From Candidatus Binatia bacterium (GTDB lineage: Bacteria > Desulfobacterota > Binatia > Bin18): DNA of 28,734 nucleotides. Where the stretch lies: NCBI GenBank assembly GCA_963666315.2, contig CAXXHG010000006.1:1-28734 (forward strand), read 5' to 3'. The notes beneath the pieces were generated by a model that was given only the letters and a program-made list of their open reading frames with translations, did not search any database and was not told the DNA's origin. Below are positions 8,682-18,307 of the stretch, one piece after another. Both the position numbers and the translations under genes were made by a program. Positions within the stretch are counted from its first letter, which is position 1. Every line of letters starts with the position of its first letter.

Positions 8682-11063
8682 ATGCGTCGTGAGGGAACCG
8701 GGAAAATGCTGGGCGCACAAGTTCGGCGGGTTGAAGACCCACGCGTGTTGCTGGGGAAAACCCAGTACGTTGATGACCTGGTGTTGCCCGACATGCTGGC
8801 CGTAGCCTTTGTGCGGAGCCCGTATGCCCACGCACAGATTGCGCATATTGACGCGCAGGCAGCGTTGGCCGAGCCTGAGGTGCAGTGTGTCCTGACCGGA
8901 CACGATATTCTGAACACGATCAAGCCGCTCCGGGTTGAGTTTGATACGGAAAAAGTCCCTTTTCACAAATCGTGCAATTGGCATGTCTTGACGCCTGACA
9001 AGGTCCGCTTTGTCGGCGATATGGTCGCCGCTGTTGTTGCGACAGATCGCTACGCCGCCGAAGATGCCGCTGCTCTCGTCGAAGTCGAATACGAGCCGCT
9101 TGAGCCGGTATCTGATATGGAACAGGCGCTGCAACCCGACGCTCCGCTGGTGCATGAAGAGTGGGGTGACAATGTCATGGAGCGGCTCGAAGCCCAGTTT
9201 GGGGACGTGGGGAAAGCCTTTCACGAGGCAGACTGTGTAGTGTCGGAACGTTTTGTGACGGGCCGCCACATGGCCTCGCCCATGGAGACACGCGGTTGTG
9301 TGGCTCAGTATGATGTGGCGACCGACGCCCTCACCGTCTGGTCGTCAACCCAAGTGCCGCATACCCTGCGCGCCAGTCTGGCGACATTGTTAGGTCTGCC
9401 CGAGCATCGCCTGCGTGTCATCTCCCCGGACGTGGGGGGTGGTTTTGGCCTCAAGGCGCATCCTTTTCCCGAAGAGGTCCTGGTGACCTATCTGGCCAGA
9501 GCCCTGCGCAAGCCGGTCAAATGGATCGAAGACCGACGGGAGAATTTATCGGCGTCCCTCCAAGCCAAGCATCAGATTGTCACTGCTGAACTGGCCCTCA
9601 AGAGCGATGGGCGTATCCTCGGTCTCAAAGCGCGCTTCTTGAGTGACGCCGGCGGATATTCGTCCTATCCCTGGAGTTCGGCCTTTGAGCCTAAACATGC
9701 CGCCGGGACGATATCCGGCCCGTATAAGATTCCGGCCTTTGGGTTTGAAACCTGTACGGTCGCCACAAACAAAGCGTCCATTGGTGTGTATCGGGGCGTG
9801 GGTATCACGATTGCGGCCTTGGCGATGGAGCGCCTGCTGGACATGGGTGCGCAAAAGCTCGGTCTTGACCCCGCAGACATTCGGCTGCGCAATATGATCC
9901 CGCAAGAAGAGCATCCGTATACGACGCTTATGGGTGCGGAGATTGAGAGCGGGAGCCATCACGCATCGTTACAAAAAGCACTTGATATCCTTGGCTATGC
10001 GGACTTTCGGACCGAACAGCAACAGGCCCGCGAGAACGGCCGCTACCTTGGCATGGGGATCGGCTCGTATGTGGAAGGCACGGCGCATAACTCGGCTGTG
10101 TTTGATTCCTTTGGCGTCAAGATCGGTGGTTATGAGTCGGCGACCATGCGTATTGATGAGTCGGGCAAGGTGACGGTCTTTGTTGGTACGCACTCGCACG
10201 GGCAGGGCCACCACACCGTGTATGCCCAACTGATCGCGGACACGCTTGGGGTCGGGCTCGGGGATGTCAGTGTTGTCCAAGGCGATACTCAAGTCACGCC
10301 ACGCGGGTGGGGAACGTGGGCCAGTCGGAGTGCGGTGACGGGCGGGGGTGCCGTTACGTCTGCTTCGCAAAAGTTGCGCGATAAGCTGCTGCGGATTGCG
10401 TCGCGCCTGACTGAAGTCCCAGCAGACGACCTTGAGCTTGCTCAAGGCATGGTCCAACGCAAAACCGGCGCCGTACAACTCCTGTCCATCCCCGAACTGG
10501 CGTATCGGATTATCGCTCAGCCCAGTAGCCTTCCACCTGACGAAGAACCTGGGCTTGATGTCACCGTGACGTACGAACCGCCACCCATCACCCACTCAAA
10601 CGCAACCCACGTATCTACGCTTGAGGTTGATATCGAAACCGGTCAGGTTCAACTCCTACGCTATATCGTGGTCGAAGACTGCGGCACGATTATCAATCCC
10701 ATGATTGTTGATGGTCAGATCCAGGGTGGGGTGGCCCAGGGAATCGGGTCGGCGCTGTACGAACACGCCATCTATGATGAGAACGGCCAATTCCTGACCG
10801 GAACATTCATGGACTATCTGATTCCGACTGCCGCGGATGTGCCGCAAGTGGAAATCGGTCATATTGAGACGCCGTCTCCCTATACGTTGCATGGGATCAA
10901 GGGCATGGGTGAGGGCGGCGCGATTGCCCCGCCGGCGGCGATTGCGAATGCCGTGGCCGACGCGCTGTCACCCTTTGGCGTGCGGGTCAATGAAGTGCCT
11001 CTGACCCCGGAACGGGTGCTGACCATGCTGGACCGCGCGCGACTAGGAGGCCGGCATGAGTGA
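8682..11063 (+). CDS. Molybdenum hydroxylase large subunit, copy 2
   Basis: Full-length paralog of copy 1 with the same motifs. ATG 8682 has SD GGAGGG and aligns with the copy 1 N-terminus (GTGKM.GAQVRRVEDPR). Confidence 0.93.
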   Translation: MRREGTGKMLGAQVRRVEDPRVLLGKTQYVDDLVLPDMLAVAFVRSPYAHAQIAHIDAQAALAEPEVQCVLTGHDILNTIKPLRVEFDTEKVPFHKSCNWHVLTPDKVRFVGDMVAAVVATDRYAAEDAAALVEVEYEPLEPVSDMEQALQPDAPLVHEEWGDNVMERLEAQFGDVGKAFHEADCVVSERFVTGRHMASPMETRGCVAQYDVATDALTVWSSTQVPHTLRASLATLLGLPEHRLRVISPDVGGGFGLKAHPFPEEVLVTYLARALRKPVKWIEDRRENLSASLQAKHQIVTAELALKSDGRILGLKARFLSDAGGYSSYPWSSAFEPKHAAGTISGPYKIPAFGFETCTVATNKASIGVYRGVGITIAALAMERLLDMGAQKLGLDPADIRLRNMIPQEEHPYTTLMGAEIESGSHHASLQKALDILGYADFRTEQQQARENGRYLGMGIGSYVEGTAHNSAVFDSFGVKIGGYESATMRIDESGKVTVFVGTHSHGQGHHTVYAQLIADTLGVGLGDVSVVQGDTQVTPRGWGTWASRSAVTGGGAVTSASQKLRDKLLRIASRLTEVPADDLELAQGMVQRKTGAVQLLSIPELAYRIIAQPSSLPPDEEPGLDVTVTYEPPPITHSNATHVSTLEVDIETGQVQLLRYIVVEDCGTIINPMIVDGQIQGGVAQGIGSALYEHAIYDENGQFLTGTFMDYLIPTAADVPQVEIGHIETPSPYTLHGIKGMGEGGAIAPPAAIANAVADALSPFGVRVNEVPLTPERVLTMLDRARLGGRHE

Positions 11064-11421
11064 AAGCAACCCCCCCTCAATCCCCTCTGACAGGGGGGAC
11101 GTGTTGGTGTCCGACTACCAAGAGACGATAGGCAAGATCGGCACGCATGGCCCGCGTCCCTATGGTCTTGGGCTGGCGCACGGCTCGATGTTTACTTTGG
11201 TCTATCGTCCACCCAACCCGGACGACCAAGAGCCCCATGACCAAGATGAACTGTATATTCCCATGAATGGCAGCGGGACGCTCAGCGTCGATGGTGAACG
11301 CCACCCGTTCAAGACCGGTGATATGCTCTTTGTCCCAGCCCACGCCGAGCACCGCTTTGAAGACTGCACTGAGGGTCTGATGCTGTGGGCGATTTTTTAT
11401 GGACCAAAAGGCGGGGAGTAG
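11056..11421 (+). CDS. Cupin domain protein
   Basis: QEPHDQDELY...GSG and GDMLFVPAHAEHRF cupin motifs; SD GGAGG; overlaps the end of the preceding gene. Confidence 0.88.
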   Translation: MSESNPPSIPSDRGDVLVSDYQETIGKIGTHGPRPYGLGLAHGSMFTLVYRPPNPDDQEPHDQDELYIPMNGSGTLSVDGERHPFKTGDMLFVPAHAEHRFEDCTEGLMLWAIFYGPKGGE

Positions 11422-11426
11422 GGAAA

Positions 11427-11466
11427 CCCACCCCGGCGCTATGCGCCACCCCTCCACGGAGGGGAT
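11427..11466. repeat. REP-like double hairpin
   Basis: GGCGC-TAT-GCGCC (11435-11447) followed by CCCCTCC-AC-GGAGGGG (11449-11464). Confidence 0.6.
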
Positions 11467-11469
11467 TTT

Positions 11470-11685
11470 ATGCAATTGCGATCTAAGCCCATGCTTCTCT
11501 TGACTCTTTTTCTCTTCTTCTCCGCCTGTAACCTGACCAACTCAATTGAATCCACTCCACCAACCGAATGCTCTAAAATCGGCGTACAGTGTCAACTGCC
11601 AAACGGTCCGCTCGGCGTGTGCCAATCGGCCCCATGTTCCGAAGGTCAGGCTCCGCCCTGTTTCGTCTGCACCTCGCAGCACTAA
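11470..11685 (+). CDS. Small Cys-rich lipoprotein
   Basis: Basic N-terminus, hydrophobic core and lipobox-like FSA|C; six further Cys in the last ~40 aa; SD GGAGGGG. Confidence 0.7.
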   Translation: MQLRSKPMLLLTLFLFFSACNLTNSIESTPPTECSKIGVQCQLPNGPLGVCQSAPCSEGQAPPCFVCTSQH

Positions 11686-11758
11686 CCTCTCCTCGCTTGC
11701 ATTAGCTAGTATTATCCGGTGTGATGAGCGCCGCTACAGCGTGAAGGGGTGAGAAGAG

Positions 11759-13111
11759 ATGAGTCGCTACGATTATGATTTCTTTGTTTTAGGTGCGGGT
11801 TCCGGTGGGGTGCGGGCGAGTCGGATTGCGGCCTCGTATGGGGCCAAGACCGCGGTTGTTGAAGAACGCTATCTTGGTGGGACCTGCGTCAATGTCGGCT
11901 GTATTCCGAAGAAACTCCTGGTGTATGCTTCAGAGTTTCGTGATCATTTTGAGGATGCCGCCGGCTTTGGTTGGAGCGTTGGAGAGCGAACGGTTGATTG
12001 GAAAAGGCTGATTGAGAATAAAGACAAAGAAATCAACCGGCTGAACGGCATTTATCGTAATTTGCTTGAAGGTGCGGGTGCGGAAATAATTGAAGGGACA
12101 GCTCGTCTGGTTGATGCCCACACCATAGACGTGGGCGGCAAGCAGTACACCTCTGAGTATATTCTGGTTGCCACCGGAAGCTGGCCGGCATTTCCCCGGA
12201 TTCCGGGTATTGAGCACGCCATTACGTCAAATGAAGCCTTTTATCTGGATGCGCTGCCCAAGCGCGTGATTATTGTAGGTGGTGGCTATATCGCGGTTGA
12301 GTTTGCGACCATCTTTCATGGTCTTGGGTCAGAAGTGACCGAACTCTATCGGGGTGAGCTGTTTCTGCGCGGCTTTGATACCGATGTCAGACAAGTTCTG
12401 GCTGACGAAATGCGCAAACGTGGTGTAGATTTGCGCCTTCAGGCGGATGTGAGTGGTATTGAAAAGACTCCGCACGGAATCAAAGCCACGCTGAACGACA
12501 AGAGCGAGCTTGAGGCCGATATCATCATGTACGCCACCGGCCGGTTGCCAAACTCAAAAAACCTCGGTCTTGAAGCAGCCGGTATTGAGATAGACAAGAT
12601 TGGCGCGGTGTGTGTGGACGCCTACTCGCGGACGAACATTCCCCATATCTATGCGGTTGGAGATGTCACCAATAGACTCAATCTTACGCCCATGGCGATT
12701 GCTGAAGGTCATGCCGTGGCTGAAACATTGTTCAATAACAACCCGACTCGACCGGACCACATGAATGTGGCAACGGCAGTTTTCAGTCATCCGAACATCG
12801 GTACGGTTGGCCTGACGGAAGAGGAGGCGCGTCAAGAATACGGCGCTATAGATATCTACAAGTCCTCGTTCCGGGCGCTGAAACATACCTTGAGCGGGCG
12901 GGATGAGAAAACCTTCATGAAAATTATTGTTGATCCGAAATCAGACCGGGTGATTGGCTGCCATATGACCGGCCCGGAGGCGGGAGAGATTATTCAGGGT
13001 CTGGCCGTCGCCATCAAATGCGAGGCCACTAAAGCGCAGTTTGATGCCACCATCGGTATCCATCCGACCTCAGCCGAAGAATTTGTCACGATGCGACAAA
13101 AGGCGGCCTGA
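11759..13111 (+). CDS. gor: Glutathione-disulfide reductase
   Basis: GAGSGG FAD motif, GGTCVNVGCIPKK redox disulfide, GGGYIAVEFA NADPH motif with YRG...LRGFD, C-terminal GIHPTSAEE; 450 aa. Confidence 0.95.
   Translation: MSRYDYDFFVLGAGSGGVRASRIAASYGAKTAVVEERYLGGTCVNVGCIPKKLLVYASEFRDHFEDAAGFGWSVGERTVDWKRLIENKDKEINRLNGIYRNLLEGAGAEIIEGTARLVDAHTIDVGGKQYTSEYILVATGSWPAFPRIPGIEHAITSNEAFYLDALPKRVIIVGGGYIAVEFATIFHGLGSEVTELYRGELFLRGFDTDVRQVLADEMRKRGVDLRLQADVSGIEKTPHGIKATLNDKSELEADIIMYATGRLPNSKNLGLEAAGIEIDKIGAVCVDAYSRTNIPHIYAVGDVTNRLNLTPMAIAEGHAVAETLFNNNPTRPDHMNVATAVFSHPNIGTVGLTEEEARQEYGAIDIYKSSFRALKHTLSGRDEKTFMKIIVDPKSDRVIGCHMTGPEAGEIIQGLAVAIKCEATKAQFDATIGIHPTSAEEFVTMRQKAA
13093..13111 (+). repeat. 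Left direct repeat (gor 3' end; attL-like)
   Basis: GCGACAAAAGGCGGCCTGA is the last 19 nt of gor and is repeated at 21882-21900 with one mismatch. Confidence 0.8.
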
Positions 13112-13219
13112 ACTGAGAACCTTCCGCTCCGAGTCTCTCTCGCTGAGAGGGTAGGCTGCGGCTCTATCCCTCATCCAGAGGAAATATGAGCCAAATTTTC
13201 TTCTTGAAGTACGATTGGG

Positions 13220-13261
13220 TTGCATTTTTTGTCATATTTGCTATATTAGCAATATGACAAA
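13220..13261 (+). promoter_or_regulatory. Sigma70-type promoter overlapped by a palindromic operator; likely leaderless transcript
   Basis: TTGCAT (13220-25), 16-bp spacer, TG-c-TATATT (13242-47), with ATG 7 nt downstream (13254) and no SD. The inverted repeat TTTGTCATATT(T)GCTA-tat-TAGCAATATGACAAA spans 13228-13261. Confidence 0.7.
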
Positions 13262-15113
13262 TATGAGTTCGATAGCGTCCACACTGTACGCTATCCGCGC
13301 TAATCTTGATCTCACACAAGAGCAGCTTGCAGAACGGCTAGGTGTTTCCTTCGCCAGCATCAACCGCTGGGAGGGTGGTATCAATACGCCTCAGAAGGCG
13401 GCACGGACTGCCATTGAGGCGCTTGCAGTGGAGGCGGGAATCAACACCACGGACTCGGCTGCGGACGAAGCTGAGTCCGCGGCACGCGTGACTCGGCGCC
13501 GGTCCCGTCAGCGCCGGACGGCCGTTCCTTCCACCAAGCCCATGGAGCAAATGCTGTGGGATGCGGCCTGCTCCATCCGCGGAGAGAAAGACGCGGCAAA
13601 GTTCAAGGACTACCTGCTGCCGCTTCTCTTCCTGAAGCGCCTGTCGGACGTCTTTGACGATGAGATCGAGCGGCTGGCCGAGGAATACGGAGATCGGCAG
13701 ATTGCCAAAGAGATCGCCGAGAGCGACCACGAGTTGTTGCGCTTCTACTTATCCCCGGAAGCGCGCTGGGGCGTCATCAGCGGTCGCGAATCCCACGAAT
13801 GGCCGCTCGACGACCAGGGACGAAGCACGCAGCCTAAAGACATCGGGGAACATTTGACCAAGGCGGTGCGGGCGGTCGTCCGCTATAACCCGTCGCTCTC
13901 GGGCGTCATCGATCTCGTTGATTTTGCGGCCGAACGCAACGGCGAGCGCGATATCAACCCAGCGAAGCTCGCCGCCGTTGTCGAGACCTTTTCCGACTCG
14001 CGTTATCGGCTCGGTCTTGCCGACGTGCAGCCCGATTTCCTCGGGCGTGCTTACGAATACCTGCTGCGCAAGTTTGCGGAAGGTTCGGGCCAGAGCGCGG
14101 GGGAGTTCTTCACGCCGACTGAAGTCGGCTTCCTGATGGCCCACATCGTGCGCCCGAAGCCTGGTGAGGACTGTCACGACTACGCTTGTGGCTCAGCCGG
14201 GCTGCTCGTCAAGCTCCAACTCGTGGCCCGCGAACTCGACCCCACCAGCCGCGTGCCGCTCAAGCTCTGTGGGCAGGAGCTTCAACCCGAGAGCTACGCC
14301 GTCGCCCATATGAACGCGATCATCCACGACATGGAGGTTGAGATCGTCCGTGGCGATACGATAATCAACCCAAAGTTTAAGACCGCCTCCGGCCAGATCA
14401 GCACACACGACATCGTGGTCGCCAACCCGATGTGGAACCAGCCGTTCATTCCAGACGTTTTCGCCAACGACCCGTTTGACCGCTTCCGTCCCCGGGGCGG
14501 CGTGACCACCGGCAAGGGAGATTGGGCGTGGCTCCAGCACACTCTCGTCTGCCTGAACGAGCGCGGGCGGGCTGTGGTGGTGCTTGACACAGGCGCGGTA
14601 ACGCGCGGTTCGGGCAGCAAAAACGAGGACAAAGAGCGCAACATCCGCAAATGGTTTGTTGCCCATGATCTGATCGATGGCGTGATCCTGCTGCCGGACA
14701 ACCTTTTTTACAACACCAGCGCCGCGGGCGTGATCGTCGTCCTATCAAAGCGCAAGCCAGCGGCGCGGAAGGACAAGATGGTGCTACTGAACGCCAGCAA
14801 GCGTGTGCGCAAGGGACGGCCCAAGAATTTTATCCCAGAGGAGGACATTCGCCCGCTGGCCGCCGCCTACCTCAAGGGTGAGCCTGTGGCGGGAGAGATT
14901 GCCGTCATTACGAGGGAGCAGGCGGCAGAAGCTGATTACAATTTGAGTCCGAGCCGGTGGGTTTTAGGACAAGGGGCCAATGAAGTATCCTCCGTCGGTG
15001 ATCTAATTGCTCAACTGAGGGTGCTGTCAAAAGAGCAATTCGAGCATGACGAAAAACTACTCTCACTCTTGAAGCCGCTAACTGATGGAAAGCCCAATGT
15101 TGCCACCGATTGA
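13254..15113 (+). CDS. hsdM: Type I R-M methyltransferase subunit with N-terminal XRE/Cro HTH fusion
   Basis: HTH: [29 protein letters not shown]. HsdM: [34 protein letters not shown]...[14 protein letters not shown] (motif I), VANPMW (motif IV), [18 protein letters not shown]. Confidence 0.93.
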   Translation: MTNMSSIASTLYAIRANLDLTQEQLAERLGVSFASINRWEGGINTPQKAARTAIEALAVEAGINTTDSAADEAESAARVTRRRSRQRRTAVPSTKPMEQMLWDAACSIRGEKDAAKFKDYLLPLLFLKRLSDVFDDEIERLAEEYGDRQIAKEIAESDHELLRFYLSPEARWGVISGRESHEWPLDDQGRSTQPKDIGEHLTKAVRAVVRYNPSLSGVIDLVDFAAERNGERDINPAKLAAVVETFSDSRYRLGLADVQPDFLGRAYEYLLRKFAEGSGQSAGEFFTPTEVGFLMAHIVRPKPGEDCHDYACGSAGLLVKLQLVARELDPTSRVPLKLCGQELQPESYAVAHMNAIIHDMEVEIVRGDTIINPKFKTASGQISTHDIVVANPMWNQPFIPDVFANDPFDRFRPRGGVTTGKGDWAWLQHTLVCLNERGRAVVVLDTGAVTRGSGSKNEDKERNIRKWFVAHDLIDGVILLPDNLFYNTSAAGVIVVLSKRKPAARKDKMVLLNASKRVRKGRPKNFIPEEDIRPLAAAYLKGEPVAGEIAVITREQAAEADYNLSPSRWVLGQGANEVSSVGDLIAQLRVLSKEQFEHDEKLLSLLKPLTDGKPNVATD

Positions 15114-16416
15114 ATGGAACCAGTGTCGCTTGGGTGACGTAACGGTTCCCGCATCGACGTGGAACCCTCGCCGCGATCCCCGTCCATCAATCCGTTACAT
15201 TGATGTTTCGGCCATTTCGCGGGATGAACTCAGGATCGTCTCCGAGGCAACATACTCGGCAGACGACGCCCCGAGTCGAGCGCGCAAAATCGTCGAGGCC
15301 GGGGATACGATCTTCGCTACAGTCCGCCCCACGCTGCGGCGGATTGCACGGATACCGACAGCTCTTGATGGTGAAATAGTCTCTACGGCCTTTTGTGTCC
15401 TACGGCCCGACCTTCGGGCGATTGACGCGAATTTTCTATACTTCGCCATACAGCTTGAGTCCGTGATGGAGGGCATCGCCGCAATGGAGTCGGGGGCAAG
15501 CTACCCGGCGGTGCGGGATGTTGACGTTCTAGATCAAGTAGTTCCACTCCCACCCTTGCCTGAACAACGGGGAATTGCTGCTATCCTCAACACCATACGC
15601 ACTGCGTTGCTTCATCAAGCCCAGTGTGAAGTGAACGCAACCGCTCTCAAACGCGCCGCAATGCGAACCCTGTTCACACGCGGCTTGCGGGGCAAGGCGC
15701 AGAAAGAAACCGAGATCGGGCCGGTGCCGGCGAGTTGGGAACAGGCCACACTTGGAGATTTGTGCCAAGAATTTGGCGGAGCACTTCAAACAGGACCTTT
15801 TGGCAGCCAACTTCACAAGGACGACTATCGAGAAACCGGTGTCGCCGTGGTGAACCCGACTCATATGGACGCTGGTCGAATCGTTCATGACAATGTTCCC
15901 CGCATTAGCGAGGAGGACGCACACCGTCTCCAACGGCATCGCCTTGAAGATTCAGACATCTTATTTGCCCGCCGCGGAGAGATCGGTCGGCAAGCACTGG
16001 TAACGAAACTCGAAGAAGGATGGCTTTGTGGAACTGGGTGCTTTCTGGCCCGCGTTAAGAGTATTTCCATAGACAACCGGTTTCTTTCGTATCAGTTTTC
16101 GACCGAGGCTTCGGTAAATTGGCTTCGCACCCATGCAGCCGGTGCGATCATGCCGAACTTGAATAACGTGGCTCTAGGGCGTCTTCCGGTATTTTATCCT
16201 GAAGTATTTGAGCAGTGTGAAATTGTCACTATCCTTGAGGCAATTGACCGCAAGATTGACCTGCACCGAAGGAAACGGGCGGTGCTGGAAGGGTTGTTCA
16301 AGGCGCTGCTGCATAAGCTGATGACGGGAGAGATTCGGGTGGGAGAGTTGGATTTGTCAAACTTTAGAGGCGTTCTTCCTGAGTCGCCGTTGGCCATCAG
16401 CAAGGTGTACGCATGA
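15085..16416 (+). CDS. hsdS: Type I R-M specificity subunit (start may be 15097)
   Basis: Two TRDs (W...RLGDV..., W...TLGDL...TGPFGSQL) separated by [12 protein letters not shown]...[11 protein letters not shown], with C-terminal EQ..IV.IL..ID.KI...[12 protein letters not shown]. Confidence 0.93.
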   Translation: MESPMLPPIEWNQCRLGDVTVPASTWNPRRDPRPSIRYIDVSAISRDELRIVSEATYSADDAPSRARKIVEAGDTIFATVRPTLRRIARIPTALDGEIVSTAFCVLRPDLRAIDANFLYFAIQLESVMEGIAAMESGASYPAVRDVDVLDQVVPLPPLPEQRGIAAILNTIRTALLHQAQCEVNATALKRAAMRTLFTRGLRGKAQKETEIGPVPASWEQATLGDLCQEFGGALQTGPFGSQLHKDDYRETGVAVVNPTHMDAGRIVHDNVPRISEEDAHRLQRHRLEDSDILFARRGEIGRQALVTKLEEGWLCGTGCFLARVKSISIDNRFLSYQFSTEASVNWLRTHAAGAIMPNLNNVALGRLPVFYPEVFEQCEIVTILEAIDRKIDLHRRKRAVLEGLFKALLHKLMTGEIRVGELDLSNFRGVLPESPLAISKVYA

Positions 16417-18036
16417 AACTCAAGATGATCAAAATCAGAGACTTTAGACGCTTCACTGATCTGACTGTCCCAAAATATCTCGGAGACGGCACGTCTTGTC
16501 ATGCTCGCTGGACCAAACGGTTGCGGGAAATCCTCATTCTTCGACGCGCTGCATACTTGGCGAGGAGCAAGGTCAGGTCATGGATTGAACTGGGATCCTG
16601 ATTACCATGAGAAGGGTTATTCACCAAACGCTGGTAGTTCGAACTGGCATGATCAGGTCCAGGTAGAATTCCACGATTATGTTCCAGAGAATGCGCAATA
16701 CAATCGGAAAATCTTCTACATCAGAACTGCATACAGAAATGATCCAGAATTCCAGATAAATCAGCTTAGCCGAACTGGTGACCTGCTTGACGAGGTCCGT
16801 ATTCAACGGATGATCGACAACGATGCTGCGGTCAGCAGGAATTATCAAAGATTGGTGGGCAAGGCGGTTGAGGATGTCTTCGAGCGCGGGGACGGCTCTA
16901 CTACTCTCGATGCATTTCGTGAGCAAGTCACTGATGAAATCCGAGATCCCTTCCGTAAGTTGTTCCCCGATATGGAATTTAACAGTCTGGGAAATCCTAT
17001 GACAGATGGTACTTTCCGCTTCACAAAAGGAACCAGTGCCCGCTTCTCATTCAAAAATTTATCGGGGGGAGAGAAGTCCGTGTTCGACCTGATTCTCGAT
17101 TTGGTCGTCGCACAGCATAGTTACGACGACACCGTGTTCTGCATCGACGAGCCCGAGTCGCACATGAACGCGCGCCTTCAGGCTGAGCTTCTGTCCGTGC
17201 TCTACGACCTCATCCCCGAAAACTGCCAGTTGATGCTGGCAACGCACTCCATCGGGATGATGCGCAGAGCACGGGATATCGAGAGCGAGAAACCGGGAAG
17301 CGTTGTTTTTCTTGACCTCAGCGGACGCGACTTTGATGGGCAGCAGGTTATTGAGCCCACGGTGCCCGATAGGGCATTCTGGAACAGAGCCTATGACGTA
17401 GCACTTGACGACCTTGCCGAGCTAGTCGCGCCTGAACGAGTGGTCATCTGTGAAGGCGAGCCGAAGAATAAAAACACTGGAAGCAATTACTCACATGATG
17501 CGCGTTGCTATGAACATATCTTCAATAGCGAATTTCCAGAGACGCAATTCGTTCCCGGAGGTAACGCTTCAGAGGTAGCCGGAGACAAGCGTGGTATAGC
17601 GTATGCGATTGGCTTGTTGATGAAGGGCTCGGAAGTAGTGAGGCTTATCGACCGTGACGACCGAACTCAGGCAGAAATCGAAGAAGAAGAGGAGCAAGGT
17701 GTTCGGGTTCTTTCGAGGCGTAATCTGGAATCTTATCTGTTCGACGACGATGTGCTGCGAAAGCTCGCCGTAGAGGAGGGTAAGGAAGACAAATTCGAAG
17801 AGCTTCTTGCAGAGAAACGATGTATTCTTGCCGCCAGAGCCGACGTGGCCCAGGACGACCTGAAACCGGCGAGCGGACAGATTTACATTGCGTGCAAGAC
17901 GATATTTGGCCTCACTCAATGCGGTAACGACACAAAGACTTTCATGCGTGACACACTCGCTCCGCTGATTAAACCAGACATGCACGTGTACAAAGAACTG
18001 AAACGCGACATCTTCGGCGCACAGACGGATTCATGA
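16413..18036 (+). CDS. ABC/AAA ATPase fused to TOPRIM-like nuclease (OLD-family / PARIS-like); frameshift at ~16470
   Basis: [15 protein letters not shown]-terminus joins after removing one C (VQNISETARLVML). Walker A GPNGCGKS, signature LSGGEK, Walker B/D-loop CIDEPESH, H-loop ATHS, TOPRIM VVICEG...D, IDRDD, RNLESYL. ATGA overlap with hsdS. Confidence 0.85.
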
Positions 18037-18080
18037 TGACGATGAAAGGCGTAAACGAAATGCAGAACGGAGGTAATCAA

Positions 18081-18305
18081 ATGACTCGACTGCTTGAAGA
18101 GGCCTTCGAGAGAGCTTCCGAGCTACCGCGAGAGGAACAAGACAAGTTCGCGCGGTTCCTGTTGGCCGAATTGGATGCTGAGCGGAGATGGGCTGAATTG
18201 TTTAGCCGTCCAGAATCGGAGGATTTGCTGGAACGCCTAGCCGATGAGGCTCTATCGGAGCACCGGGCGGGACGGGCGCGGCCCCTCAAATTAGAGGAGC
18301 TGTAG
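18081..18305 (+). CDS. Putative antitoxin (small, acidic, helical)
   Basis: GGAGGT SD before ATG 18081; MTRLLEEAFERASELPREEQD...W...F...L..LADEAL.EH..G pattern, directly upstream of a RelE/ParE-like gene. Confidence 0.75.
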   Translation: MTRLLEEAFERASELPREEQDKFARFLLAELDAERRWAELFSRPESEDLLERLADEALSEHRAGRARPLKLEEL

Positions 18306-18307
18306 GT

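Noticed and set aside
4800-11063. Aerobic CO dehydrogenase (coxMSL)
   Set aside because: The large subunits lack the AYXCSFR Cu-ligating motif and no coxDEFG accessory genes are adjacent.
13215-13253. TTG-initiated N-terminal extension of hsdM ([13 protein letters not shown])
   Set aside because: It coincides with the promoter and operator; ATG 13254 (or 13263) is more plausible.
16413-18036. PrrC or RloC anticodon nuclease
   Set aside because: No HEPN RxxxxH motif, zinc-hook CxxC or long coiled coil is evident; the C-terminus carries TOPRIM-type acidic motifs.
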